Source: Schmidtea nova (lineage: Eukaryota). From it: a stretch of 64,000 bases of DNA. Made by a program: the position numbers and the translations under genes. Of this stretch, positions 25,735-35,136 are shown in pieces (positions within the stretch are counted from its first letter, which is position 1; each line of letters starts with the position of its first letter). The stretch spans positions 216,380,001 to 216,444,000 of the forward strand of contig CM097883.1 of NCBI GenBank assembly GCA_044892505.1. The letters are read 5' to 3'. A model generated the notes under the pieces. That model had not been told where the DNA came from. It did no database searches and saw nothing but the letters and a program-made list of their open reading frames with translations.

Positions 25735-26796
25735 TTATACAAGGGTTTCGTTGGGTTCGTGAAAACCTTCGTCTTGAGGTTCCACCTGATTTATGGGGAG
25801 TGGCATCCATATTACCGTGCTCCTCCACATTTCGACTTCTTCTCGGTATGTGTGGGATATCTGGATCTCTTCATCTAATAAGTATTCCAGATAGTTCGCT
25901 TGTTCTGTTAGGGTTTCAATTTGTTTTTCTAGTTCTGCCAATTTTTTCTCTCTCTCTTCCTTCTCCATCATTTCGGTCACTGCTGCTGTGATACTTGTTT
26001 CTTTTATTGGTGTTGGTTTTTCTGCCAACTTCTTTCTCAGTTCTTCGTTTTCTTTTGTCAAATTTGTTATGTTCTCTTCATAACTCTGCCTCGTTTCTTC
26101 CAGTCTTTCTTTAGTTCTTTTTAATTCTATTTTCTTCTGGGTGATCACTCCTTGATATCCATTTATGTCTCTTTTCATGTTTTCTTCCTTGTGATTCCAC
26201 ATTCCGGTCAGCATACCTTTTAATTGTTCTTGATTGGCTAAATCTTTTCCCATTCTTTGTACTTGATAAGTTAATTCTTTTATTTTCTTGGCTTGTTCTC
26301 TGATAAATTGTTGTCTTTTCTTACTCCATACTTTATTTGACGCTTCTTGACTGATCTTTTGCCCTAATTCCTCTTTTAATTCATCGATCTCTTTAAACAG
26401 TTTCCAATCATCGCTGTACGCTGTTCGTTCTATTATCTCCCTTGCTTCCTTGTAAGAGTCTTTTGCCTCTTTCTTCCAATATCTTGCTTGTTCTGTGATT
26501 GACTGAATCTTATGGTCTGTTTTTATTTGTTGTCTATCCCTATCCTCTCGTCGCTCTTTCATCATCTCTTTGTAGTATTCGTTTTGTTGTCTTAGCAGTT
26601 TGTAGACTTCTTCTATTTTTTCTCGACTTCTTTGATTTGTTTTCTCGGCTTCTCTTAGTGCTTGGGTTTGTCTTTCCAATTCCTCCTGTTTTCGATAATA
26701 GACATGAATCCATATCCCAGTCCGCTCCATGTGATTTCTGATCATTTCGTCTTGATGTACTGTTACTTCTTGTAAGGTTACTTCTATATTTCCCAT
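25735..26796 (-). CDS. 353-aa long coiled-coil accessory protein
   Basis: Intact ORF rich in E/K/Q/R; starts MGNIEV; AATTATAG-AA-ATG context. Confidence 0.75.
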   Translation of the reverse strand: MGNIEVTLQEVTVHQDEMIRNHMERTGIWIHVYYRKQEELERQTQALREAEKTNQRSREKIEEVYKLLRQQNEYYKEMMKERREDRDRQQIKTDHKIQSITEQARYWKKEAKDSYKEAREIIERTAYSDDWKLFKEIDELKEELGQKISQEASNKVWSKKRQQFIREQAKKIKELTYQVQRMGKDLANQEQLKGMLTGMWNHKEENMKRDINGYQGVITQKKIELKRTKERLEETRQSYEENITNLTKENEELRKKLAEKPTPIKETSITAAVTEMMEKEEREKKLAELEKQIETLTEQANYLEYLLDEEIQISHTYREEVEMWRSTVIWMPLPINQVEPQDEGFHEPNETLV

Positions 26797-26909
26797 TTCT
26801 ATAATTACAGATAAAAAGAATATTTAATCATTTTTTATTTTTATTGTTTTTGATTATTTGTTAATTCATATTGTTTCTATACATTTTATTTACATGGTTA
26901 CTTCCTTCA

Positions 26910-28286
26910 TTACGCCAACCATCCTTTTCTGTCTGTTTTCTCATGCCTCTCCATCTCTATGTATAGCGTGTCTGCATATAGTCGCTCCCATAGGTTTTCT
27001 TTCCTTATAAACATTGGTTCTCCTGCTGCTAGTCCGCATTCTGTTGTTGGTTTTTCGCTCGTACTCGTATGTTTGTCTGTTTCAAAGAACTTTTCTACTG
27101 GTTTTCCCATACTTTTGATTCTTATAATGACTCCTACTTTCAAGGGCCATTCTATTAGGTCATCGTATTCTCCTTTACATAGCGAGAAAAATATTGACAC
27201 GTGTGTTCCTTGTCCTCTTCCGTCTCCATTTGGGTATACTTTCAATCTTATTTTAACCCCGTTTTTCCATAAATAAAATGGTGGGCTTATTACTGCTGTT
27301 TTAGTCATATTTCTGGCTTCTGCTAGTTTGTCTCTGAAATCTGTTATTTTCCATAAGTAAGGTGCGATTGGTAAGTCCCTTCTTTCGTCAATTTCTCGTA
27401 TTAATTGATTATATTGTATTTTCATTCCTTTTCCTAATTCTTCTATGGCTATTATTTTCTTTTCCATTCTTTCGCGAGTTAGTTCAAACTGCTCTCTTGT
27501 TTCTAGTAGTAAACTCATCATTATCTTATGTGATTCTACTTCTTTTTCTAATTTCTGGATTGTCTGTTCCGTTTCTTTTGTCGTTTCGTTTGTCATTTCC
27601 ACATGCGTTAGTGCTGCTTCTTCTAGGTGTTGTTTCATTGATTGCCGCGTCCGCTTTTCTTTGCATCCCTGTTTGTTATATGGACATTCTCTTGGTCTTT
27701 CGGTACATACTTTCCAATGTTCATGTAACTTTACTTCTTCTGTTATTTCGCAATTGTTTGGACAGTTACTTACATATTGTCTGCATACTTTCTCCTCTGT
27801 TATATTCAAGTGTTCCTCTTCGATTTTTCTCCTCGTTTCTCGAGTTTCACAATACTCGCATGCGATTTCTTCTTCTTTACATTCTTCCTTGTGTTGTTCT
27901 CTCTTCTTTAGAGTTATTGTCTGTTGGCATTTCTCGCATTCGGCTCTCTTTTCCTCGCATTTTTCCATATGGTTCTCCAGATTACTTATTTGTCCTTGCC
28001 ATGTACAAGGTGTATTTACGCACTCCGTTGTGGTGCTCATAATTTCTCTTTGGGTTGCTTTGTCCGTTCTGGTTTCGTCCAACACTATTCTTCCTTCCTT
28101 ACATTCTGGGCATGTTGTTATTCCTGTTGCATCTAATTCTTGTATACATTTTGTACATATTCTACATCCACATATCGTTTGTCTGGGTTCTCGTAGTAAA
28201 TTATTACATTTCCCGCAGGTGAGCCTCTTGCTCCATTTTCTGTTTTCTAGTCTCAAAATTTCGATTATTCGTTCTTCTCTGTCCAT
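26910..28286 (-). CDS. Intronless TRAF-family protein (RING, TRAF zinc fingers, coiled coil, MATH); most like the TRAF2/3/5 type
   Basis: RING CGKC...CGCRICTKC...CPEC; zinc fingers such as CTWQGQISNLENHMEKC and HWKVCTERPRECPYNKQGC; MATH YLWKITDF...SPPFY...YPNGDGRGQGTHVSIFF...GEYDDLIEWP. Confidence 0.92.
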   Translation of the reverse strand: MDREERIIEILRLENRKWSKRLTCGKCNNLLREPRQTICGCRICTKCIQELDATGITTCPECKEGRIVLDETRTDKATQREIMSTTTECVNTPCTWQGQISNLENHMEKCEEKRAECEKCQQTITLKKREQHKEECKEEEIACEYCETRETRRKIEEEHLNITEEKVCRQYVSNCPNNCEITEEVKLHEHWKVCTERPRECPYNKQGCKEKRTRQSMKQHLEEAALTHVEMTNETTKETEQTIQKLEKEVESHKIMMSLLLETREQFELTRERMEKKIIAIEELGKGMKIQYNQLIREIDERRDLPIAPYLWKITDFRDKLAEARNMTKTAVISPPFYLWKNGVKIRLKVYPNGDGRGQGTHVSIFFSLCKGEYDDLIEWPLKVGVIIRIKSMGKPVEKFFETDKHTSTSEKPTTECGLAAGEPMFIRKENLWERLYADTLYIEMERHEKTDRKGWLA

Positions 28287-28379
28287 TTTCTACAATAATA
28301 TATACATTCGACTTGTCATTTATTTTTGGTTTTTCTTGTTTTTTATTTTTACATATTTACAATTTTCCGCTTTATTTAT

Positions 28380-28736
28380 CTATGGCTCATTCGTTGAATC
28401 TGGTTCCGCTTCGTTGTTTAGTCTATTTATTACCCAACTCATCCATCCTTCTTCGGATTCTTCTCTTTCTCCTCGTGTTAAATGGTTTATTTCTATTGCT
28501 TGTCTTTGATTGATATTGCTTATATTTTGATTTTCTCTGGTGAGCTCGGTTATCACTCTTTGTTGTTCTTCTATTCTGTGTAATTGTTCGAAACAGTTGT
28601 TATAACTTTCTGATAATAACATTTGTCTTTCCGCTAATTGGTTCTGTAATGAGTTGACTGTTCGTACTAATAAATCACATTGTGCCTTCCATCTCATAGC
28701 CATAGTTATTTCAGTTGTTTCGTCTTGTTCGTTCAT
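28380..28736 (-). CDS. 118-aa coiled-coil accessory protein
   Basis: Intact ORF between pol and TRAF; AATTTAG-AAA-ATG context. Confidence 0.7.
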   Translation of the reverse strand: MNEQDETTEITMAMRWKAQCDLLVRTVNSLQNQLAERQMLLSESYNNCFEQLHRIEEQQRVITELTRENQNISNINQRQAIEINHLTRGEREESEEGWMSWVINRLNNEAEPDSTNEP

Positions 28737-28860
28737 TTTCTAAATTATATACATCGTTTACTTGCTTTTCTATCTTTTTACAATTTTTATAATATCGATA
28801 CCCATACTATTACGGTAATGCTTTGTTATTTACACTATTATTTACAGTCATAATCCGCCC

Positions 28861-31800
28861 CTATACCATCATTATCGTCTTTTCCTCGTATCGTTCTTCA
28901 TCTTCTATTTGTTTCCAGAATTCTTTACCTTTCGTTCTTCTTTGGAGTTCTTGCTGTATCTCTTCTGGTATTTCTATTCTTTGCTTCATAATTTTAATAT
29001 CTGGCCATTGTATGGCTGTCGCTTTGTTTCTCTTTCTGTATCTCCCATATATTATCATGCTTGTCGTCATTATCCCATATGCTATTAATATTCCTATACT
29101 GATTAATCCTATTACTGTTTTTCCACGGTTTGTTGCTTTGATTTTATTCTGATTCGCTTTTATCTCATTTTGGGTTTGAGCCTCTGGCTTCTTCTCCTTC
29201 TGTACTTGATTCTTGACTTTGTTCATTACTTCTTGTGTAGACCAATGGCGATTTAGTAGTTGTTTGACGTTATTTTCTTTTGTTCGGTTTTCCACGTTTC
29301 CTGGTTCGATCTGTTGTTGTAGTTTCTCTGAGATCTGATATAATCCGCATTCTGGTTTTTCTGAACCTTTTCTAGTGAAGGTACATATCGCGTATGTCTT
29401 ATTTACTTCCATTTTCTTTAATTCGACTTTTTCCTTATTCCCTGTTTCTTTACAGTGGGTTAGGTTGCCTTCTTCTCCTTCTGGGTTATGCTTTGTCCAA
29501 CATATTCCTTTCACTGTTTGATCGAGTCCTGTTAATGTCAGAGTTCTTTCTGTTTTGGTTAACTCTTCTTCGTCGAATTTCAGTATTTCTCCTTTTTGAA
29601 ATGTCTTACAATGCTCTATTCCCTCTTGGATTCCTTTCTCCCAGATACATATACTTCCTTCTTCATTCATTTGTATTTCTTGTATTTCGATTTCCTTGTT
29701 TGTTTGTGATTCGTCGCTTGTCTGAACTTGGTATTCCTTCCTTGGTTCGTTGTATGTTCCCCAGCATAGTTTGTTGCTGCTTGTTTTTCTTATTGTTATG
29801 GCCATTTGTTCTATTATTATTCCTCTGTCAAAACGTTTGGACATTGCTATTATTAACGCTATGCATACGCACTCTTGTTGGGGTGATGTTCTTTCTCTCG
29901 TGTTATTGGTGCTTTTCTCCCCTTCTCCTGGTTTATCCGTTGTGTTTCTTATCTGAGTTGCTGGTTGATCTATGGTGTTTTTGATTTCTTTCTTTGTTGG
30001 TTTTACTCTATACCATTCGAGTCTAGGCGTTTCGTATTTTTGACATACGACTGTCTTAGGTAGCCCCGACTTCTTTTCCTTTCCTATTATGCATATCCGA
30101 TGCATGATTCCTCTGTCCATCCCTTCTATTCGTACTATATCCTGGTCGGATTTTCTGATTATACATTTTAGTGGGTTATCTTTCCCAATTGGTTCATCCT
30201 CTCTATTCCAGCATATTTTCTCGACCTCCTGGACATTTACTATTTTTATCCCTGCTTGTAGGTTTGTTGCTTCTTCCCTATTGATTAACGTTAGTATTAT
30301 TGTTAGACCCAACCATTTTGAACTCTGCGGTAGGCTTCTGGTTCGCCTTTCATATTTTTTCTCTTCTCCTTTAATCTCTTTTATTTCCTTGTCTTCGTTG
30401 TTTATTCCTAGTTTTCCGCTTTTTGTTTCTTTCTTATTTGTTTCTTCTCGTGCTTTTTCTTCTAGTATTTCTACTCCATGGCTTGTATTATCTATATTTA
30501 GCCATTGGGTTGTTGATTTTCTTGGGTTTATCTTGCGTATCCATATAGCTGATAACGCGATTATTACTGGTATGGTCGCTGTTAATATTCCTAAGCCAAT
30601 TAGTTCTTTAATTTCTTTATTCTCGTCTGTTTGTATAGATTCGCTTTGGTTGAACATTATTCCGTATTGTCCCTTTAGTTTTCTCATTAATTGTTCTCGT
30701 TCCTCTTGTTTTCTTTTGACTTCTTTGATAACTTCTTCAGGTGTCCATTTTGCTTGAGGATCGGTTATTATTTTTTCTGCGTCCATTTGTTCATTCGTTT
30801 GGCTTAGTTCCTTGAATTCGAGTTTCCTTGCTACTCCTTTTGATGTCGCGTTTGCTGGTGTATAGTAGGTTTCGCATCTTTCTTGTTGGTTTCCTAGTGT
30901 GTTCATTTTTTCTATTGTACATACTTCATACTCGCTATTAAATTGTAGTTTTTCGATCCTGATTTCTTTATTTGTTTTTCTGCACTCTCTTGATTGTCTT
31001 CTTATATGTTTCTGGACTATTATCCAACATATTTCCAATGTTTTATTCTCTATTTTCCATAATGTTAGAGTTGCTGATGTCTTTCTCTCGGGTTTTGTCG
31101 TAACTTCCTGGCTTATTGGTTGTTTATTGCTTTTAAAGGTAGTGGTGTACTTCGGTTTTCCTTTGTTTCGTTGTTTCCTTTTATTTTTCCGTGTTAACGT
31201 TTTGGTTCTTGTTCCGGATGAAGTCGTATGTATTCCGCATTCTAGGTCGTTTATCGTTATCTGATCATTTTTCTTTACCAAACATATTTCGTAGGTTTGT
31301 TTACTTTCTAAACCTTTTATTTGAATCGTCGTTGTTCCTGTGTTTGTTCGACATTGTGGTGTCGTTCTTTTATTTACTTCTTTTTCGTACTTCCTCCAGC
31401 ATACTCCTTTCACATTTGGTTCTATCTCTTTTATTTCTAATGTTATGTTTACTTTCCGCTTGATTTGTTTATTTCTCTTCCTCGTTCTCCTTCGGAACTT
31501 TATTACCTCTCCAGGTTGGAATGTTTTACATTTTGTGGTACCTTTCTTGTTCCTCTCTTTCTCAAGTAGGCATAGTTTGTACATCTTGTCTGCTCTTACT
31601 TCGGATACTTTAATTACTTTGTTTGTTGTTGGCTTTCGACTTTTCCTTATTTCGTTTACGCCGATTTCTTCGTCATTCCTCGCCCAACATTTTATGTTAG
31701 TGTTCTGTGTATCTTCCACTTCTGTTATTGTCATAGTTTCAATTTCTATTCCTTCCTCTAATCGTTTTATTATTATTAGTATGAGTGCTAAGCATAATAC

Positions 31801-34800
31801 TTCCATTTGGTAAGACACTCTTTCGGTTTCGTTTGTGGCAACTCTTGCTTCGGGCCTCTTTATTGTAATTCGTATAGTTGGTGTTGTTTGCTTATCTATT
31901 GCCTGGGGTTTTTTGTTTTCTGTTCCCTGTGTCTCTGTTCTTCCACATTTTCCGAGGATGTAATCTCCTTTGGGTGACTGTTGTATTGTCATGGCTGCTT
32001 TAGGTGTTTGGTATTTTGCACATGCGATTGTGTTGTGTGATCTTGGATGCTTTTGTTTTCTAACGGTGCATATTTTGTACCAGGTATTTAGATCTAGGTC
32101 GTTGATCTCTATGATTTCTTGCTCGTGTTCTGAGATTCTGCAATCCATCGGGCTATTTTGTTCCGTGATTTTGTCCTTTTTCGACCAACATACTCGTTCG
32201 ATTCCCTCTGCGTTTTTTATTTGTATTATTGCCCTTTCTTCACATGTCATTCCCTGACTTGGATTAATTAACGTTATAATCATTGTTAATAATAGTAATT
32301 CTGGTTTGAAGAATGGTTTTATGGTTGATTTATAACCTGTTCTTTGGGTGTCATTTTTATCTCCTTGGTCGTTTTTTCCTTGTTCTCCATCTTCATCTCT
32401 TTGTTTTTCGTCTTCACTTTTCTTTTCTTCCTTGTCTCGTTTCTTGTCTTTTCTCTCGTTTTCCTCTTTATCGGGTGGTTCGTGATCGTTTGAATTTTCT
32501 GAGTTGTTACCGTCGTCACTATCTGTATTGTCATCTCCCCCTGGCTCGTCGAAAATGTCGTCCTCGACATTGATTTCTTCTATCAATTTTGCATATGCTA
32601 ATGTCGTTAGGTTACTTGCCTCAAATTCTTGTGTTTCTACCTGCTCCGGTATTACTTTGTTAGTGGATTTATATTCCAAGATTTCCTTTTTGGCCTTGAT
32701 CCAATTGTTGATGTATGTCTTCATCAATTCTTTCCATTTGCCTGTGTATTTTTCTTCTTTCGGGCTGGTTGTGATTCTTAGATCCTTTCTTTCCATAAAC
32801 ATCTTCAATATCTCTGGCCATTTATACGTTATTAGGGCACTTCTTATACACCAGTTCTGGTTATGTTCTGTAAACTCATTAATCCTGAAAGCTGGTTCGT
32901 TTGTATTCGGGTTGATCCACGTGAGTATTGATTCTGTTAGTTCGACATTGTGCATCATTGTCAATACACTGGGTTTCTTAATTGTTTTGGTTAGGTATTC
33001 TATTTCTTTCTGGTTTGAGACGGTTTTAATGAAACTGACCATTTCCCAATTGTGTGTTAATAATGCTACATCCAATATTGAATTATCTTTATCTGTTTTA
33101 CCTGTAAGTCCTGCACCTGCTTTGTATAGTTCTTCTAATACCTTTGTTTTCGTTTTGGCCCTTGCTGCAAATACCATAAGTGTATCTCCTTTCTCGTCTA
33201 CCCTATTCATATTGCTTCCGCAATTTAGCATTACTCGTGCAATTTCCATTACTTTTCTATCTTTGCCATTTCGTAAAGCTCTATGTATGGGCATTATTCC
33301 GTCCTTTGGTAGTAAAAATGTTACTGGCATCTCCTTTTTTATAGTCGTTATATCGTTGCCATTGTATGTTCCTTTTGCGTATGCGTGTACTTTTTCAACT
33401 AATGCGCCGAGTATTTCCAGTGCATGTTTACTATTCTCGAATTCCGGTAACAATTCTTTTGCTTTTTCTTGTATCGCATCTAGTCTAGCTTGGTATGGTG
33501 CTTCTGCTTTAAAGAGTGGTGTGAGTTTCTTGTTACTTTCTCTTTCTTTTTTCTCTAAAACCTGTTTGCATTTTTCGGGATGGTTTAAGATTTTTACTAA
33601 TTCCTCATATTCGCTTACTATCGTCTGGTATTTCTCGTTAAAATTGTTTATGTCTTTGTATGTTATTAGTTTATCAAGTGGTTTCGCACACCATTTCCTA
33701 ATCTTGTTGAATAAGGCATTCTTTTCTTTATCGAATTGATGTTCTTCTTCATTCTTTGTGATGTTTATGTTTCCTCTATCTAATAAGGTTAGTAATGTCT
33801 TCTGATCACAAGTAAATTTCAAAAGGTATCTTAACAGTGCGTTTTGTCCTTCGCTGTATACTTCGTTTATGTCTAAGACCCATGTATCATCTTCTGGTCG
33901 TTTCCATTTGACTAACTTACGGATCGTGTTGCATTTACCAATTTTGATTGCCTCTTTGATAATGTCTCCTTTAACTAGTTCGTCTATCTCCCAAGTGGAG
34001 TTAGCTATTATGTATTTCAGCATTGGTTGGTGAGAACTCCATATTACGTGATTTAGCACTGTTTTGTCTTCTCTATCTCGTTCTGTCCAACTGAAATGAG
34101 CTTTTATCAATAGATCTATCATTTCTTTATCTGCTTGGTGGATTGCGGCTGTCATTAATGGAGTTTCTTGTTCCCGATTCCCTACGTCCAAGTTTTGGTT
34201 TGTTTCTTTTGCGATTTTTAGGAATTCTTTTGCTCTTTCAATGTTTTTACACTCTATCGCATTATGTAAGGCTGGTTGTCCTCCTACATCTTTCAATAAG
34301 AGTATTTCAGGGATTTTTTCCAATAATTCAGAAATAATTGGTTCGGTTGGTAATCCTTGTGCGTAACGGCTAATTATATGTCTAATATCCCTTGATATGC
34401 CTGCTTCGTCTCTAACATGCCATCTTCCCATTATCTCTCTCGCCTTCAATATGATTTCTTTATTTCTGATTTCTTTTTGCCTTATTTCTGCTTTGTCGTC
34501 TTCAGTTGCATTAGCTCTGAGCATATTTATCCTGGCTGTTTGTGATCTAGTTATTATTCGATTTTCTGGTGTTGTAGTTATCGTTTTAGGCACCTTCTTA
34601 CATCTGCAGGTGTTTACATATATGGGTCGTATTAAGGGTCGATTTATTAGCTTAACTTTGACATTATTGTCCTTTTTGTATATAATTTCATAAGGTCCTC
34701 TTCCAGGTCTTTGGAGTTTCTTAACTGTTCCTGGTATTATTTCGGGAGTTTCTATTATCACCCAATCTCCTGGTTTTAGATCGTTCGCTTTAACATTTTT

Positions 34801-35136
34801 CTTCTGGTCGTGTAAGTCCTTATAACTTTCCTGATAAAATTTAATGTTGAGTTCTGCCGTTTTCCATATTTCCTGCATTCTTTCTTTGAATTTGGTTACG
34901 TAGTCGTCATCTTCCATATATTGCGATAATGGTGGCTGATACTCTAAATCTATGGGCATGTTGCATTCTCTTCCATACATAAGTTGAAATGGGCTTAGTT
35001 TTGTTGCTGCATGTATCGACATTCGGTATGCCATTAAACATAATTTTATGTATTCGTCCCAATCAGTCTGATGTCTGCTGACGTAATTTGATAACATTCT
35101 GATCAATGTACCATTGAATCGCTCCGTTTGTCCATT
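28861..35136 (-). CDS. 3' part of retroelement Pol: integrase C-half, ankyrin repeats and two FN3-like membrane modules
   Basis: NGQTERFNGTLIRML carries the catalytic E; GPY motif RPGRGPYEII; ankyrin-like units at ~34290-33030; repeated W...C...I-x-x-L...Y-x-I-C domains, signal-like segments and two TM helices. The first 23 aa of the ORF-track entry come from the Maverick TIR. Confidence 0.9.
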   Translation of the reverse strand, partial: NGQTERFNGTLIRMLSNYVSRHQTDWDEYIKLCLMAYRMSIHAATKLSPFQLMYGRECNMPIDLEYQPPLSQYMEDDDYVTKFKERMQEIWKTAELNIKFYQESYKDLHDQKKNVKANDLKPGDWVIIETPEIIPGTVKKLQRPGRGPYEIIYKKDNNVKVKLINRPLIRPIYVNTCRCKKVPKTITTTPENRIITRSQTARINMLRANATEDDKAEIRQKEIRNKEIILKAREIMGRWHVRDEAGISRDIRHIISRYAQGLPTEPIISELLEKIPEILLLKDVGGQPALHNAIECKNIERAKEFLKIAKETNQNLDVGNREQETPLMTAAIHQADKEMIDLLIKAHFSWTERDREDKTVLNHVIWSSHQPMLKYIIANSTWEIDELVKGDIIKEAIKIGKCNTIRKLVKWKRPEDDTWVLDINEVYSEGQNALLRYLLKFTCDQKTLLTLLDRGNINITKNEEEHQFDKEKNALFNKIRKWCAKPLDKLITYKDINNFNEKYQTIVSEYEELVKILNHPEKCKQVLEKKERESNKKLTPLFKAEAPYQARLDAIQEKAKELLPEFENSKHALEILGALVEKVHAYAKGTYNGNDITTIKKEMPVTFLLPKDGIMPIHRALRNGKDRKVMEIARVMLNCGSNMNRVDEKGDTLMVFAARAKTKTKVLEELYKAGAGLTGKTDKDNSILDVALLTHNWEMVSFIKTVSNQKEIEYLTKTIKKPSVLTMMHNVELTESILTWINPNTNEPAFRINEFTEHNQNWCIRSALITYKWPEILKMFMERKDLRITTSPKEEKYTGKWKELMKTYINNWIKAKKEILEYKSTNKVIPEQVETQEFEASNLTTLAYAKLIEEINVEDDIFDEPGGDDNTDSDDGNNSENSNDHEPPDKEENERKDKKRDKEEKKSEDEKQRDEDGEQGKNDQGDKNDTQRTGYKSTIKPFFKPELLLLTMIITLINPSQGMTCEERAIIQIKNAEGIERVCWSKKDKITEQNSPMDCRISEHEQEIIEINDLDLNTWYKICTVRKQKHPRSHNTIACAKYQTPKAAMTIQQSPKGDYILGKCGRTETQGTENKKPQAIDKQTTPTIRITIKRPEARVATNETERVSYQMEVLCLALILIIIKRLEEGIEIETMTITEVEDTQNTNIKCWARNDEEIGVNEIRKSRKPTTNKVIKVSEVRADKMYKLCLLEKERNKKGTTKCKTFQPGEVIKFRRRTRKRNKQIKRKVNITLEIKEIEPNVKGVCWRKYEKEVNKRTTPQCRTNTGTTTIQIKGLESKQTYEICLVKKNDQITINDLECGIHTTSSGTRTKTLTRKNKRKQRNKGKPKYTTTFKSNKQPISQEVTTKPERKTSATLTLWKIENKTLEICWIIVQKHIRRQSRECRKTNKEIRIEKLQFNSEYEVCTIEKMNTLGNQQERCETYYTPANATSKGVARKLEFKELSQTNEQMDAEKIITDPQAKWTPEEVIKEVKRKQEEREQLMRKLKGQYGIMFNQSESIQTDENKEIKELIGLGILTATIPVIIALSAIWIRKINPRKSTTQWLNIDNTSHGVEILEEKAREETNKKETKSGKLGINNEDKEIKEIKGEEKKYERRTRSLPQSSKWLGLTIILTLINREEATNLQAGIKIVNVQEVEKICWNREDEPIGKDNPLKCIIRKSDQDIVRIEGMDRGIMHRICIIGKEKKSGLPKTVVCQKYETPRLEWYRVKPTKKEIKNTIDQPATQIRNTTDKPGEGEKSTNNTRERTSPQQECVCIALIIAMSKRFDRGIIIEQMAITIRKTSSNKLCWGTYNEPRKEYQVQTSDESQTNKEIEIQEIQMNEEGSICIWEKGIQEGIEHCKTFQKGEILKFDEEELTKTERTLTLTGLDQTVKGICWTKHNPEGEEGNLTHCKETGNKEKVELKKMEVNKTYAICTFTRKGSEKPECGLYQISEKLQQQIEPGNVENRTKENNVKQLLNRHWSTQEVMNKVKNQVQKEKKPEAQTQNEIKANQNKIKATNRGKTVIGLISIGILIAYGIMTTSMIIYGRYRKRNKATAIQWPDIKIMKQRIEIPEEIQQELQRRTKGKEFWKQIEDEERYEEKTIMMV

